Source: Rhodothermus sp.
GTDB taxonomy: Bacteria; Bacteroidota; Rhodothermia; Rhodothermales; Rhodothermaceae
Assembly: GCA_030950375.1 (NCBI GenBank)
Contig: JAUZRN010000018.1
Span: 18,629-82,628 of the forward strand
Length of the DNA stretch: 64,000 nt
Direction of reading: 5' to 3'
Shown here piece by piece: positions 30,944-41,607 of this stretch. Under the pieces are notes generated by a model. That model was not told where the DNA came from. It saw only the letters and a program-made list of their open reading frames with translations, and made no database searches. A program made the position numbers and the translations under genes. Numbering within the stretch: position 1 is the stretch's first letter; every line of letters starts with the position of its first letter.

Positions 30944-31372
30944 GCCCCTTCCCATCAAGAAGGGAGACAGGCAGAGGGGCTCTACCATCTTCATTGCTAC
31001 CGCCCCATACGCTGGCAACCTGTTTCATCACCCCTTCAGTCACTTCGCGACAGCTCCCCCTCGAGGGAGAGCAAAACACCAGACCGGCACGGCACGGCGC
31101 ATCCCAGCGCTTGTGCCAGAGACAAGGCAACGCTCTGTGCTTGAGTCCCCCCTCTCCACAGGGGAGGGGTCAAACCCACTCCCTCCAATTGGGCTGCCGG
31201 CTTTTCTGATACTCAACTGCGCAGCCAGAAAGCCCCCCCTTAGGCCTCCGGCCAGCTCTTCCTACAAGGGGGCACAAAATTTTCTGGATCAGCACATAAC
31301 GCTTACACTGACGTGATCACCACATTTTTGGCAGAGCCTCTTCCTTACGTTCCCCCTCCCCGGGAAATGGGC
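30944..31372. repeat. Hairpin-repeat array B (5 units, alternating orientation)
   Basis: Reverse 30944-30983, forward 31031-31072, reverse 31145-31170, forward 31233-31274, reverse 31351-31372. Segment 31233-31372 is clearly homologous to 3469-3611. Confidence 0.8.
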
Positions 31373-31796
31373 ATCACTCAACCCCTGTCGCTGCTGTCCC
31401 ATACGCTGACAGCCTGCCTGAACTAAATCCCCCTTCAAGCCCTTGCGGATCAGCTCCTCCTACGCTGCAAACAGTCGCGCCGGAGCTGGTGTGGCAGATG
31501 GCACCTCCTGAGCAGGTTGGCTGGGGTTCGATCCGCTTCGAGGCAGACCGATTCACTGGCTAAACCATGGAGATGCTTGCTCGGTGTTTCCTCTCCCGTG
31601 CCGAGTAAAAGACCAGGCATTATCAAGCCATGCCGCTATCTGCAGCCCCCTACAAAACACGGCGGGTTTGGTCCTGGCGCATTAAAGGGGACTTTTAGCG
31701 CAGAGGGCTCTACCCAGGTCAGCTATTTCCAACGAAAGAGCCTCTGTTTTGCAACGCCAGGCCCTGTTCGCAAGCAGTTACAATCGGCTTCCGTCT

Positions 31797-33533
31797 TCAG
31801 GCTTCGGGCATTCGCTCGCGCGTGGTGACCTGACGAATCAGTTCTCGGGCGCTTTCCAGTGCCGCCTCAGTTACTTCCGCACCGCTCATCAGCGTCGCTA
31901 CCTGATGGGCCCGCTCTTCGTCCGACAACCGCCGAATCCGCGTCTTGGCACGACCGTCTTCGACTACTTTCTCCACGAGAAAATGCACATCGCCAAAGGC
32001 AGCAATCTGCGGCAGATGCGTAATGGCAATGATCTGATGGTAGCTGGCCAGATCGTGCAACCGTTCTCCTACCCGATGGGCGATAGCCCCCGAAATACCT
32101 GTATCGATTTCGTCGAATACCAGGATAGGCAGGCGGTCGCTTTTGGCCAGGATCGTTTTGAGCGCCAGCATGATGCGACTGACCTCGCCCCCTGAAGCCA
32201 CCCGCGCGAGCGGTCGCAACGGTTCACCGGGATTGGTCGTAATGTAGAATTCTACCTGGTCCATGCCTGTCGTAAAGGCCGCGTAGCGCTCAGGCTCCCG
32301 ACCGGGTACGGGCATTACGATCCATCCTTCTGGGTCGGGCCGATGGGTAAAACGCACCTCAAAACGGCTGTCTGGCATGCCCAGCACAGCCAGTTCGCTC
32401 ACAATGGCCTGCTCAATTCGCTCGGCCACCTCACGCCGTTTGGTCGACAGCCGCTGCGCTGCTGTCGAGAGGGCTTGCATGGCTTCGGCCAGTTGCCGAT
32501 CGAGCTGCTCCAACGTTCCTTCAAAGTCCGTGGCCAGTGCATACTTGCGGCCGATCTCCTCGCGATAGGACCGCACGGCCTCCAGCGTGCCTCCATATTT
32601 TCGCTTGAGTAGCTCCAGTTCGACCAGTCGGGCACGGATTTCCTCGAGCCGATCCGGATTGAACTCAATGCGTGCATTGTAATCCTGCAAAAACTTGGCA
32701 ATTTCGGCCACGCTGATCTGGGCCGAACGAATTTCCTGCAGCGCTTCCTCGAAACTTCGGTCAATCCGGGTCAGATCCTGCAGTTCGTTACGGGCCAGCA
32801 CCAACTGGTCATGCACAGCATTTTCGGACTCATAAAGTAATTCGTAGAGCCGTGCCGTAGCTTCGTAGAGTTGTTCAGCGTGTTCGAGGATGCGCAGCTC
32901 CGCCTCGAGCGCTTCTTCTTCACCTTCCTGTGGGTTGACCCGGTCAATCTCTTCAATTTCGAACGCGTAGCGTTCTTTCTGCTCCTGGAGTTCGCGTCGG
33001 CGTGCCATGAGCGCCTCGCGCTCCCGAATCAGACGTGCCACGGCCTCATAGTGGCGGTGGTAAGTGTCTCGCAAGCCTCCCAGGCTGCCGAAGTTGTCGA
33101 GCAGCTCCAGGTGCGTTTCGGTGCGGAGCAGGCTCTGGTGCTCATGCTGGCCATGCAGGTCAATCAGATGCGCGGCCACTTCACGCAGGAGCTGCACGGT
33201 GGCCGGGGTGTCGTTGATAAAGGCACGGCTCTGCCCGGCCATAATCTCGCGGCGGACGATAAGCTGGGGCATGGGATCGATGGCGTTTGCCTCCAGCAAC
33301 GCACGGATACGGGGCGTATCGGCTTCGTCGAACACGCCTTCGACCACGGCTTTACGAGCTCCGCTACGGATCATGTCCGTGTCGGCCCGCTCGCCCAGGA
33401 TCATTTTGAGCGCGCCAATCAGAATAGACTTACCCGCACCGGTTTCGCCGGTGAGGATGTTGAGTCCGCTGCCGAACTCAACCTCCAGCTCCTCGATAAG
33501 CGCATAGTCTCGAATGTAGAGCGTCCGCAGCAT
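31797..33533 (-). CDS. recN: DNA repair protein RecN
   Basis: Motifs LTGETGAGKS, HGQHEHQ, ASGGEVSR and FDEIDTGISG. Confidence 0.97.
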   Translation of the reverse strand: MLRTLYIRDYALIEELEVEFGSGLNILTGETGAGKSILIGALKMILGERADTDMIRSGARKAVVEGVFDEADTPRIRALLEANAIDPMPQLIVRREIMAGQSRAFINDTPATVQLLREVAAHLIDLHGQHEHQSLLRTETHLELLDNFGSLGGLRDTYHRHYEAVARLIREREALMARRRELQEQKERYAFEIEEIDRVNPQEGEEEALEAELRILEHAEQLYEATARLYELLYESENAVHDQLVLARNELQDLTRIDRSFEEALQEIRSAQISVAEIAKFLQDYNARIEFNPDRLEEIRARLVELELLKRKYGGTLEAVRSYREEIGRKYALATDFEGTLEQLDRQLAEAMQALSTAAQRLSTKRREVAERIEQAIVSELAVLGMPDSRFEVRFTHRPDPEGWIVMPVPGREPERYAAFTTGMDQVEFYITTNPGEPLRPLARVASGGEVSRIMLALKTILAKSDRLPILVFDEIDTGISGAIAHRVGERLHDLASYHQIIAITHLPQIAAFGDVHFLVEKVVEDGRAKTRIRRLSDEERAHQVATLMSGAEVTEAALESARELIRQVTTRERMPEA

Positions 33534-33559
33534 AGCCCGCGCCGCACGTGCCGATCGGA

Positions 33560-36500
33560 TCAGCGGTTGCGTCCGCAGCAGTGTTTGTACTTTTTCCCAC
33601 TGCCACAGGGACAGGGATCGTTACGTCCGATTTTTTCGCCCACCACGACGGGCTGTTCTTTGACCGTAGGATCGCGTCGGGCAGCTGCATCGGCCGGCGT
33701 CCGGCTACGGACCCGCACGCCATAGGAATCGACACTTGCATGCTGTACCCGAGCGCGCGATGGATCCAGACGCCGACGTGGTGTCGGTGCGCTTGGGCGG
33801 GTCTCCACCAAGGGGCCGGCCCGGAAGATAAACGAAATGGTGTCGCGGTTGATTTTGTCAAGCGTCTGCTGGAAGAGCTTGAAACCTTCGACCTTGTACT
33901 CCACAAGAGGGTCGCGCTGGCCAAAAGCTCGCAGGTTGATCCCTTCTTTGAGCTCGTCCAGCTCGCGCAGATGCTCGGTCCAGTGCTCGTCGATAAAGTG
34001 CAGTAGTGCGGCCCGCTCCAGCGCGTTATTGATTTCCTGACCGCGCGTGCGCATCGCTTCGTCAACACGCGCCACAGCCCGCAGGATGCGCCGTCCATCG
34101 GTGAAGTCGACCACCACCCGATCGGGCTTCTGCTCCAGCCCATCCTGGTTCAGAAAGGCCTGCAGTCGTTCATAAAACGGCTCAGCCAGCATTTCGCGTT
34201 TGCGCCGGTAAAAGTCGAGCGCCGCCTGATAGAGTCGGTCGAACACCCCGTCTTCCCCCAGACGCGCGAACTCGTCCAGACTCATTTCAAAGTCGAACGC
34301 AAGCGTACGCAGCACCTCTTCGCGTAGTCCCTCCAGGTCGCCTTCCTTATAATGCCGTGCCACGATCTGTTCGAGGACATCGCGCAGCATTTCCAGCACA
34401 TCATGGCTGATGCGCTCGCCAGTGAGCGCATGGCGACGGCGGCTGTAGATGACGCGACGCTGCGCGTCGAGCACGTCGTCAAACTCAAGCTGTCGTTTGC
34501 GAATGGCAAAGTTGTTTTGCTCGACCTTTTTCTGCGCTCGCTCGATGCTCTTGGTCACCCACGGATGCGTGATAACCTCTCCTTCTTCCATTTTGAGCCG
34601 GTCCATAATGCGGGCGATGCGCTCGGAGCCGAACAAGCGCATCAGGTCGTCTTCGAGCGAGACGTAGAACTGGCTTTCACCGGGATCGCCCTGACGACCG
34701 GCGCGGCCACGGAGCTGCAGGTCGATGCGTCGGCTTTCGTGGCGTTCGGTGCCGATGATGGCCAGTCCCCCCAGTTCTTTGACGCCCGGGCCGAGCTTGA
34801 TGTCGGTACCGCGCCCGGCCATGTTGGTGGCGATCGTTACCGCCCCTTTCTGGCCGGCCTGCGCAACGATCAGCGCTTCCTGCTTGGCCCGATCCCGGCG
34901 GGCGTTCAGCACGTTGTGGGGGATACCCTCCCGCTTGAGCATGCGGCTGAGCATCTCCGAGACTTCGACCGACGTCGTGCCCACCAGCACAGGCTGACCT
35001 TTTTTATGGTACTCCTTGATCTTCTGGATGACGGCGTTGTATTTCTCCCGCTTGGTGCGAAAGACCAGGTCCTCGTGATCAACGCGAATGACCGGCTTGT
35101 GCGTGGGGATGACGATAACGTCAAGGCCGTAGATTTTGTAGAACTCTTCCGCCTCGGTGATGGCGGTGCCGGTCATGCCGGCCAGCTTATGGTACATGCG
35201 GAAGTAGTTCTGCAGCGTGATCGTGGCGTAGGTCTGCGTGGCCGCCTGTACCTTGACCCCCTCTTTAGCTTCGATGGCCTGGTGCAGGCCGTCAGAGTAA
35301 CGACGGCCGGGTAGCACACGCCCGGTGTGCTCATCGACGATCAGGACTTTGCCATCCTGGACGATGTATTCAACGTCCCGTTCATAGAGGGTGTAAGCCC
35401 GCAGCAGCTGCTCAACGGCGTGCAGCCGTTCGGCGCGTTCGGCGTAACGATTATACAGCTCCCGCTTTTTCTCCTCCAGCTCCTTACGCAGAAGCCGCCG
35501 GTCGTTCTCCAGCTTGTTGCGGCGCTTTTCTTCAGAAAGATCCGTGCGCTGCGCCAGCTCTTCTTCCAGCTGCCGGAGCTTTTCCTGATATTCCTGTTCG
35601 AGCCGGGCCGTCTCTTCGCCGAGATCCGGCAGCACGAACATATCACGGTCCTGACCGGCAATGCGGGCGATCTCGTCGAGGCCTTTTTCGGTCAGCTCAA
35701 TGGTATGATTTTTTTCGTCAAGCGCGAAGTAGAGGGCTTCGTCGACGAAAGGCATATTCTTGGCGTTTTCCTGCAGATAGAAGGCCTCGGTGCGTTGCAG
35801 GAGCATCTCCACCCCGGGCTCGGTTTTGAGCTTCATGAAGCGTTTATTGCGGGGAAAACCCCGGGCAGCCCGGAGCAACGCCAACCCGGCCGCTTCTTCC
35901 AGCTCACTGGCTCGTTTGCGATCACCGGCCTCCAGCGCCTTGTCGCGCGCCTTCAGCTTCTGCTCGGCCTCGGCTACCAGATGCGCTACCAGACGCTGCT
36001 GCAGGTATACCAGCTTCTCGATCACCGGCTTGAGTTCGGTAAAACGCTCATCCCCCGACTGCGGCACCGGCCCCGAAATGATCAGCGGCGTGCGGGCTTC
36101 GTCGATCAGCACGGAGTCGACCTCGTCCACGATGGCGTAGTGGTGCCCGCGCTGCACCAGTTGATCGGGATCAATCACAAACGAGTGGTCACGCAGGTAG
36201 TCGAAACCGAACTCGTTGTTCGTACCATAGGTAATGTCGGCCTGATAGGCACGGCGACGCCCTTCGGAGTGGGGTTCATATTTGTCGATGACGTCGACGG
36301 TCAGTCCCAGAAATTCGTAGATGGGTCCCATCCACTCGGCATCGCGCTGCGCCAGATAGGGGTTGACCGTGACCACATGTACCCCACGACCGGCCAGCGC
36401 ATTCAGGTAGACGGGCATAACGGCCACCAGGGTCTTCCCTTCGCCCGTCTTCATTTCGGCGATTTTGCCCTGGTGCAGCACGATGCCACCGAGGATCTGC

Positions 36501-36964
36501 ACGTCGTAGGGGACCATGTCCCAGACGATCTTCTGCCCGCCCGCCATCCATTCCTTCCCCAGCATACGCCGGCAGGCTTCCTTCACCACGGCAAAAGCTT
36601 CTGGCAGCAGCTCATCCAGGGTGCGTTCAACACGCTCCAGCCATTCCTCTTCCAGCTCGTCCAGCTCTTCATAGAGGCGCTCCCGTTCTTCCGGTGGCAG
36701 TTCTTCAACTGCGGCGTGCCCGTTGCCGCTGATGTCCGTGGCCTCTCCCTTCAGACGGGCTTCGATTTCTGCCTTACGCGCCTCGATGTCGGCTACGGCC
36801 TCCTTGATCCGCTGTTTGAACTCGTCAGTCTTGGCACGCAGCGCTTCGTCACTGAGCGCTTTGAATTGCTCCGCGTATTCGTTGACTTTATGAACAATAG
36901 GCCAGAGTTTCTTCAGCTCGCGCTCGTTGCGATCGCCAAACAGCCGCTTCAGAAAGTCGAACAT
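33560..36964 (-). CDS. secA: Preprotein translocase ATPase SecA
   Basis: Motifs MKTGEGKT, DEVDSVLIDEARTPLIISG, TNMAGRGTDI and GRAGRQGDPG, and a C-terminal SEC-C GRNDPCPCGSGKKYKHCC. Confidence 0.98.
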   Translation of the reverse strand: MFDFLKRLFGDRNERELKKLWPIVHKVNEYAEQFKALSDEALRAKTDEFKQRIKEAVADIEARKAEIEARLKGEATDISGNGHAAVEELPPEERERLYEELDELEEEWLERVERTLDELLPEAFAVVKEACRRMLGKEWMAGGQKIVWDMVPYDVQILGGIVLHQGKIAEMKTGEGKTLVAVMPVYLNALAGRGVHVVTVNPYLAQRDAEWMGPIYEFLGLTVDVIDKYEPHSEGRRRAYQADITYGTNNEFGFDYLRDHSFVIDPDQLVQRGHHYAIVDEVDSVLIDEARTPLIISGPVPQSGDERFTELKPVIEKLVYLQQRLVAHLVAEAEQKLKARDKALEAGDRKRASELEEAAGLALLRAARGFPRNKRFMKLKTEPGVEMLLQRTEAFYLQENAKNMPFVDEALYFALDEKNHTIELTEKGLDEIARIAGQDRDMFVLPDLGEETARLEQEYQEKLRQLEEELAQRTDLSEEKRRNKLENDRRLLRKELEEKKRELYNRYAERAERLHAVEQLLRAYTLYERDVEYIVQDGKVLIVDEHTGRVLPGRRYSDGLHQAIEAKEGVKVQAATQTYATITLQNYFRMYHKLAGMTGTAITEAEEFYKIYGLDVIVIPTHKPVIRVDHEDLVFRTKREKYNAVIQKIKEYHKKGQPVLVGTTSVEVSEMLSRMLKREGIPHNVLNARRDRAKQEALIVAQAGQKGAVTIATNMAGRGTDIKLGPGVKELGGLAIIGTERHESRRIDLQLRGRAGRQGDPGESQFYVSLEDDLMRLFGSERIARIMDRLKMEEGEVITHPWVTKSIERAQKKVEQNNFAIRKRQLEFDDVLDAQRRVIYSRRRHALTGERISHDVLEMLRDVLEQIVARHYKEGDLEGLREEVLRTLAFDFEMSLDEFARLGEDGVFDRLYQAALDFYRRKREMLAEPFYERLQAFLNQDGLEQKPDRVVVDFTDGRRILRAVARVDEAMRTRGQEINNALERAALLHFIDEHWTEHLRELDELKEGINLRAFGQRDPLVEYKVEGFKLFQQTLDKINRDTISFIFRAGPLVETRPSAPTPRRRLDPSRARVQHASVDSYGVRVRSRTPADAAARRDPTVKEQPVVVGEKIGRNDPCPCGSGKKYKHCCGRNR

Positions 36965-37122
36965 GGCAACTCGTACTCCGGAATATTTACACGCAAGAAC
37001 CGCGGCATCACCACTGACACCGCGGGGAACCGGCCCTTTAACCAGGTACCGGCACTCTCACGCTGCCCGGAGCGGTCCGTTCCCGCTCACAGTCTCACAG
37101 AAGACAGCCGTTGGTGCGCCAC

Positions 37123-37497
37123 CTACCAGCGAGGATGCTCCTCAATGGGCATCGTGCTATACATCAGGTGGAGCAGCAGGCTGGACAGGTCCCAGTAATT
37201 GGCGCGCTGCTGTTCAATGGAAGAGCGAAAACGCCAGTCGTCGAAAACATCATCGCACAGGTAGTCGATCGCCCGTACAAAGGTGGGGCGTCCATCAACG
37301 TAAAGCCCCACCTTGCGGTGTAACGTTACCTCCCGAAAGGTGCAGAGTCCCCTGTCGCTCCGCATCTGTCGCACCGTTACCTCACCCCAAGGCGTGTCAC
37401 TTTGCCACACCTTCAGGCCATTTTCCGACTCCTGCGCTTTACGCGACCCGACGCATCCGCCGAGCAGCAGCGCCAGCCCGACAATCACCCACCGCAT
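37123..37497 (-). CDS. Hypothetical lipoprotein
   Basis: Lipobox LLLGGC after a short n-region; co-oriented with GH97 and secA. Confidence 0.72.
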   Translation of the reverse strand: MRWVIVGLALLLGGCVGSRKAQESENGLKVWQSDTPWGEVTVRQMRSDRGLCTFREVTLHRKVGLYVDGRPTFVRAIDYLCDDVFDDWRFRSSIEQQRANYWDLSSLLLHLMYSTMPIEEHPRW

Positions 37498-37577
37498 GCG
37501 TTTACCCGTTTTGCTCGCGGATCTCTGTTTTTATGAAGTTATTCGCAAATAGGTCCCGCACGCGGTGGTTCGATCGC

Positions 37578-39611
37578 TTACTCTTCCAAGGGATGAAACC
37601 GGATGGCCGTACCGCCACCCGGTGCCAGGCGGAGCGTCAGCACCGTAGAGGCATCGACGACCTGGCGGGTGATTTCAATCGCCAGTGGATTTGTACGCCA
37701 GTCGGCATCGGACGCATCGCGGTAGATCTCGGCCACATACTTGCGGCCGGGTTCCAGAAATGACAGCGGCGCCTGTAGCGTACGCCCATACTCATCGGTG
37801 ATACTGCCCAGGTACCAGTCGTCGCTGTGACGATCCTTACGTACGATCGTCACGTAGTCACCGATGCGGGCATGCAACACGCGCGTATCTTCCCAATCGA
37901 CGGGCACATCCTTGATGAACTGGAAAGCATCGGGCCGCGCCTCATAATGTTCCGGCAGATCGGCGGCCATCTGAAGCGGACTGTAGATGACCACGTAAAG
38001 CGCCAGCTGCTTGGCGAGCGTCGTATTGACCCGATTGTGCGGCCGGTCTTCGATCAGAATGTCAAAGATGCCCGGCGTGAAGTCCATCGGACCGGCCAAC
38101 AGCCGCGTAAACGGCAGGATCGTGGTATGCTCGGGTGGATTGCCGCCATCCTCGCTCCAAGCATTGTACTCCTGTCCACGAGCCCCCTCGCGACTGACCA
38201 TGTTCGGGTAGGTCCGACGCTCACCAGTGTCTTTGACGGGTTCGTGCGCATTGATAGCGATCTGGTAGCGGGCAGCCGTCTCCAGCACACGCCGGTGGTG
38301 GCGCACCATGAACTGGCCATGGTGCCACTCGCGATGCACCTGTCCCTGCTCGTCGATCCAGATGCAGTTGCGGCCATGGGCTACATAGCCGGTCTTCACC
38401 ATGCGAATCCCCAGCCGCTGATAGAAGGCAAACGCCTCTTCCATCTGACGCTCGTAGTTCGTGATATGACAGGCTGTCTCGTGATGACCAATGATCTGGA
38501 CCCCTTTTTCACGGGCATAGCGAGCAACCTCTTCAATATCGAAGTCCGGATAGGGCTCGGTAAACCGGAACTTATCGCCGTTCTGCGTCCAGTCGCCGTC
38601 CCAACCGATGTTCCAACCCTCAATAAGCACCGCGTCAAAACCGTGCCGCGCGGCAAAATCAATGTAGCGCTTGGCATTCTCCGTCGTGGCCCCGTGGCGC
38701 GGACCGGAGCCCCAGGTAGCGCGCCCGATATGCATCGCCCACCAGATCCCCACATACTTGGCCGGCCGTACCCAGGCAACCTCGTCCAGACGGCTGGGCG
38801 GATTCAGGTTCAGGATGGTGTAGTTCGTAATCAGTTCACCTGCATCGTCGCCCACCAGCAGCACGCGCCAGGGCGAACGGAAAGGCGTCTGGGCCTTAAC
38901 CCGGGTACCGTCGGACCAGGGTACCAGGTCTACCTCCAGGGTGAGCGAATCGGTGGGGGCCAGCGTCATCGTGGCGTAATCAGATACGTCGGCTTCGTGG
39001 AAACTCAGGAACCAGCCGTCGGCCGTCTCCATGGTGACCGGCGTGTGCACGGTGTCCAGCTGACTGACAGGCGTGTGGCGATAAAGGTACTCGTAGCGGT
39101 TGGGATGATAGGCCGGAATCCACCAGGCCATGTGATTGCCGGCCAACCGAAATGCTGTAAGCTCGTCCATGATCACAAACCGGTCCAGATGCGGCTGCAC
39201 GGGCCATTCGTAGCGGAAACCCACACCGTCGTCGAAGACCCGAAAGACGATGTCCATGCGGCGGGGCTGCTCGTTTGTTTCTTCGAGCTGCAGCCGAAGC
39301 TCATGGTAATGGCTACGGATGTCCTTCTTTTCGCCCCAGGGCTGGGTCCAGACGGTATCGACCGTGTCGCGGACGACACCTACCAGCCGAAACGGTCCGG
39401 TAAGCGGCGGTTGCTCTTTAAGTAAGAACCCCATGGGTGATCGTCGGATGAGCGGCAGACCAAAACGATCGATCTGGTAGGTAGGCCGCCCATTCTCCAA
39501 CGTAAACGTCACGGCCAGCGAACCATCGGGCGAAGCCACCGAAACCGCCTGGGCCCAAGCGTCCGTGCAGAAGCCTCCAACCAACAGCAGTACGAAAAGA
39601 ACCTGTCGCAT
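37578..39611 (-). CDS. Glycoside hydrolase family 97 (SusB-like)
   Basis: Motifs YVGIWW, VLIEGWN, HHET, NAHE, EGARGQE, PFTRLLAGPMDFTPG and QMAAD. Confidence 0.95.
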   Translation of the reverse strand: MRQVLFVLLLVGGFCTDAWAQAVSVASPDGSLAVTFTLENGRPTYQIDRFGLPLIRRSPMGFLLKEQPPLTGPFRLVGVVRDTVDTVWTQPWGEKKDIRSHYHELRLQLEETNEQPRRMDIVFRVFDDGVGFRYEWPVQPHLDRFVIMDELTAFRLAGNHMAWWIPAYHPNRYEYLYRHTPVSQLDTVHTPVTMETADGWFLSFHEADVSDYATMTLAPTDSLTLEVDLVPWSDGTRVKAQTPFRSPWRVLLVGDDAGELITNYTILNLNPPSRLDEVAWVRPAKYVGIWWAMHIGRATWGSGPRHGATTENAKRYIDFAARHGFDAVLIEGWNIGWDGDWTQNGDKFRFTEPYPDFDIEEVARYAREKGVQIIGHHETACHITNYERQMEEAFAFYQRLGIRMVKTGYVAHGRNCIWIDEQGQVHREWHHGQFMVRHHRRVLETAARYQIAINAHEPVKDTGERRTYPNMVSREGARGQEYNAWSEDGGNPPEHTTILPFTRLLAGPMDFTPGIFDILIEDRPHNRVNTTLAKQLALYVVIYSPLQMAADLPEHYEARPDAFQFIKDVPVDWEDTRVLHARIGDYVTIVRKDRHSDDWYLGSITDEYGRTLQAPLSFLEPGRKYVAEIYRDASDADWRTNPLAIEITRQVVDASTVLTLRLAPGGGTAIRFHPLEE

Positions 39612-40154
39612 TGCCCTTTATGTTAGCGCTTACACTGCTACTGCTCCAATATACTTGCTTTTCGGCAGCACGTCAACGGCAACAGGTGCCCCGGCGATTT
39701 GCCCTGAGACCTTTGCTATCCTTAAGTTCGAAAGAGCCAGCGCTTTCCGTTACGACATGTTCATCGACCCTTCCGGGCGAAGTACGCCCCCTTCGGCAGG
39801 ACCGGGGCTGCTGGCTGACAGCCCCTGGGTGCCGAACGGGTCCGACTATCGCTCTGTTACGCTCCGACGACCTGGTGCTGGTGGCCCTCCGGCAGAACCG
39901 GCCACTGGAACGATTGCGTTATTGCGCTGGCATCCGGCGCTATCTGAAAGCTACGCGGGCACGCAACACCGTTGGACGCCGTGGATGTCGGGAATGACCG
40001 AGAGCTCCGGGCAACCTGGTTGGATCGATCGTCTCCTGTCAGCCCGTGCCCGTAATCTGGCTGGTCCGGCTTCCGTGGCTGCGCGTTCGTCGGGCATACA
40101 CTGTACAGTCCTCGTCCCTTTGCTCAACGGAGAGGCACAACAGGCTGGAACCGC

Positions 40155-40850
40155 ATGGTAGATCCGCTGATTGGCCCACGGCCGCTCTCAGCATGGACGT
40201 CCGTCTTTGAAGCCCTGCTCCACAGCGTCTGGGCTGACCAGTCTGACCCGGCCCATGATCGGGCCCATGTACAGCGCGTTGTCCAATGGGCACAGCGCCT
40301 GGCCTTGTCCGAAGGAGCCGACCTGGCTATCGTCATGCCAGCCGCCTGGCTACACGATTGTGTGCTGGTGCCCAAAGATCATCCGGAGCGCTTCCGCGCC
40401 TCCCGCCAGGCCGCCGATCGGGCCGTCATCCTGCTTCGTGAAGTCGGCTACCCGGAAAATCTGCTACCAGCCATCCATCACGCAATCGAAGCCCACAGTT
40501 TCTCGGCAGGCATTCCCCCGCGCACCCTGGAGGCACGCGTCGTGCAGGATGCCGACCGACTTGATGCCCTGGGCGCCATCGGGCTGGCCCGCATGCTGAT
40601 GCTCGGTGGCGCTACCGGCCGTCTCCTCTATGATCCGGCAGAGCCTTTCCCTCACCAACGTCCCCCTGATGACCATCGCTACGTACTGGACCACCTGTTT
40701 ACCAAGCTCCTCCATCTGGCCGATCGGATGCAAACCGAAACCGGCCGTCGTGAAGCCCGACGTCGCACCGAATTTCTACAGACGTTTCTTAACGAATTAC
40801 AACGCGAGCTGGCTCATCCCAGTACTTCACCACGCCAGGATGAAACCTGA
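40155..40850 (+). CDS. HD-domain phosphohydrolase
   Basis: Motifs AHDRAHVQRV, WLHD, VQDADRLDALGAIG and HLFTKLL. Confidence 0.9.
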   Translation: MVDPLIGPRPLSAWTSVFEALLHSVWADQSDPAHDRAHVQRVVQWAQRLALSEGADLAIVMPAAWLHDCVLVPKDHPERFRASRQAADRAVILLREVGYPENLLPAIHHAIEAHSFSAGIPPRTLEARVVQDADRLDALGAIGLARMLMLGGATGRLLYDPAEPFPHQRPPDDHRYVLDHLFTKLLHLADRMQTETGRREARRRTEFLQTFLNELQRELAHPSTSPRQDET

Positions 40851-41607
40851 ATGGCTTCGGCAATGAACAGGGGAATAGGGACAGGATCAAGCGGCAAATA
40901 TACCGGATCCACCCAATCAACTGATCCCCCAGTCGTGCACTGCTACCCACATGCATGTGTCACAGCTCCAGCACCGCATCCCCCTTGTCACGGCCATACA
41001 CATTATACAACCTTCCCAGCGGAAGCCAGTGCTACGACTGCAGCATGAGCTTCGGGCCCGCTACCCACGTAAGCGCAGGCTACACCGATCTCCTCCTCCT
41101 GTAAATCCCAGGTAACCAGGATAATTCATAAGCTTATATTTTTCAGCTTGCTTTATCAAAGGATCTTCGAAGGCATCGCTGGCCTCCTGTCAGCCCTATG
41201 AAAACACCATACACCCCGGTTATCCCGGGTATCCAGCGTGTTAATCCATGGGATTCCTACGTCGTGACCGGCTTTCCTTGACCGTTGTATACCTGCCGTC
41301 GAAAGCCTTCGGGCTGTGCAGTACACGATATTCCCGTGCCGCGAAAATTCGCCGGACTATTTACGGGAAGGTATTCACCGCTCCCTGCGCTTTCCGGGAT
41401 CAGTCAAAGCGTGCGCTGATGGATTATTTGATATATAACTTATGGATTATAACTGATGTCACTTATGACTCAATATATTAAAATTTCTTGATACAATCGG
41501 TTTATTTACGTATCCTTTTTGCAACTGCTTCTCTTTGTAGGAAAAGCATGTCGGGCATTTCCTGAGAAGCAGGTTGGAGTAGTATATCAGATGGGCATCT
41601 ATGGCAA

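Noticed and set aside
30660-31316. ORFs over array B (218 aa, 125 aa, etc.) and similar ORFs over arrays A and C
   Set aside because: Translations such as PSVTSRQLPLEGEQ and SPSPGEGDRGRG are just the repeat units read in frame; no coding evidence.
34352-37198. Long + strand ORFs (320 aa, 623 aa) opposite secA
   Set aside because: Antisense shadow ORFs of a conserved GC-rich gene, with no motifs of their own.
37827-39425. 532-aa + strand ORF
   Set aside because: Entirely antisense to GH97, so a codon-bias shadow ORF.
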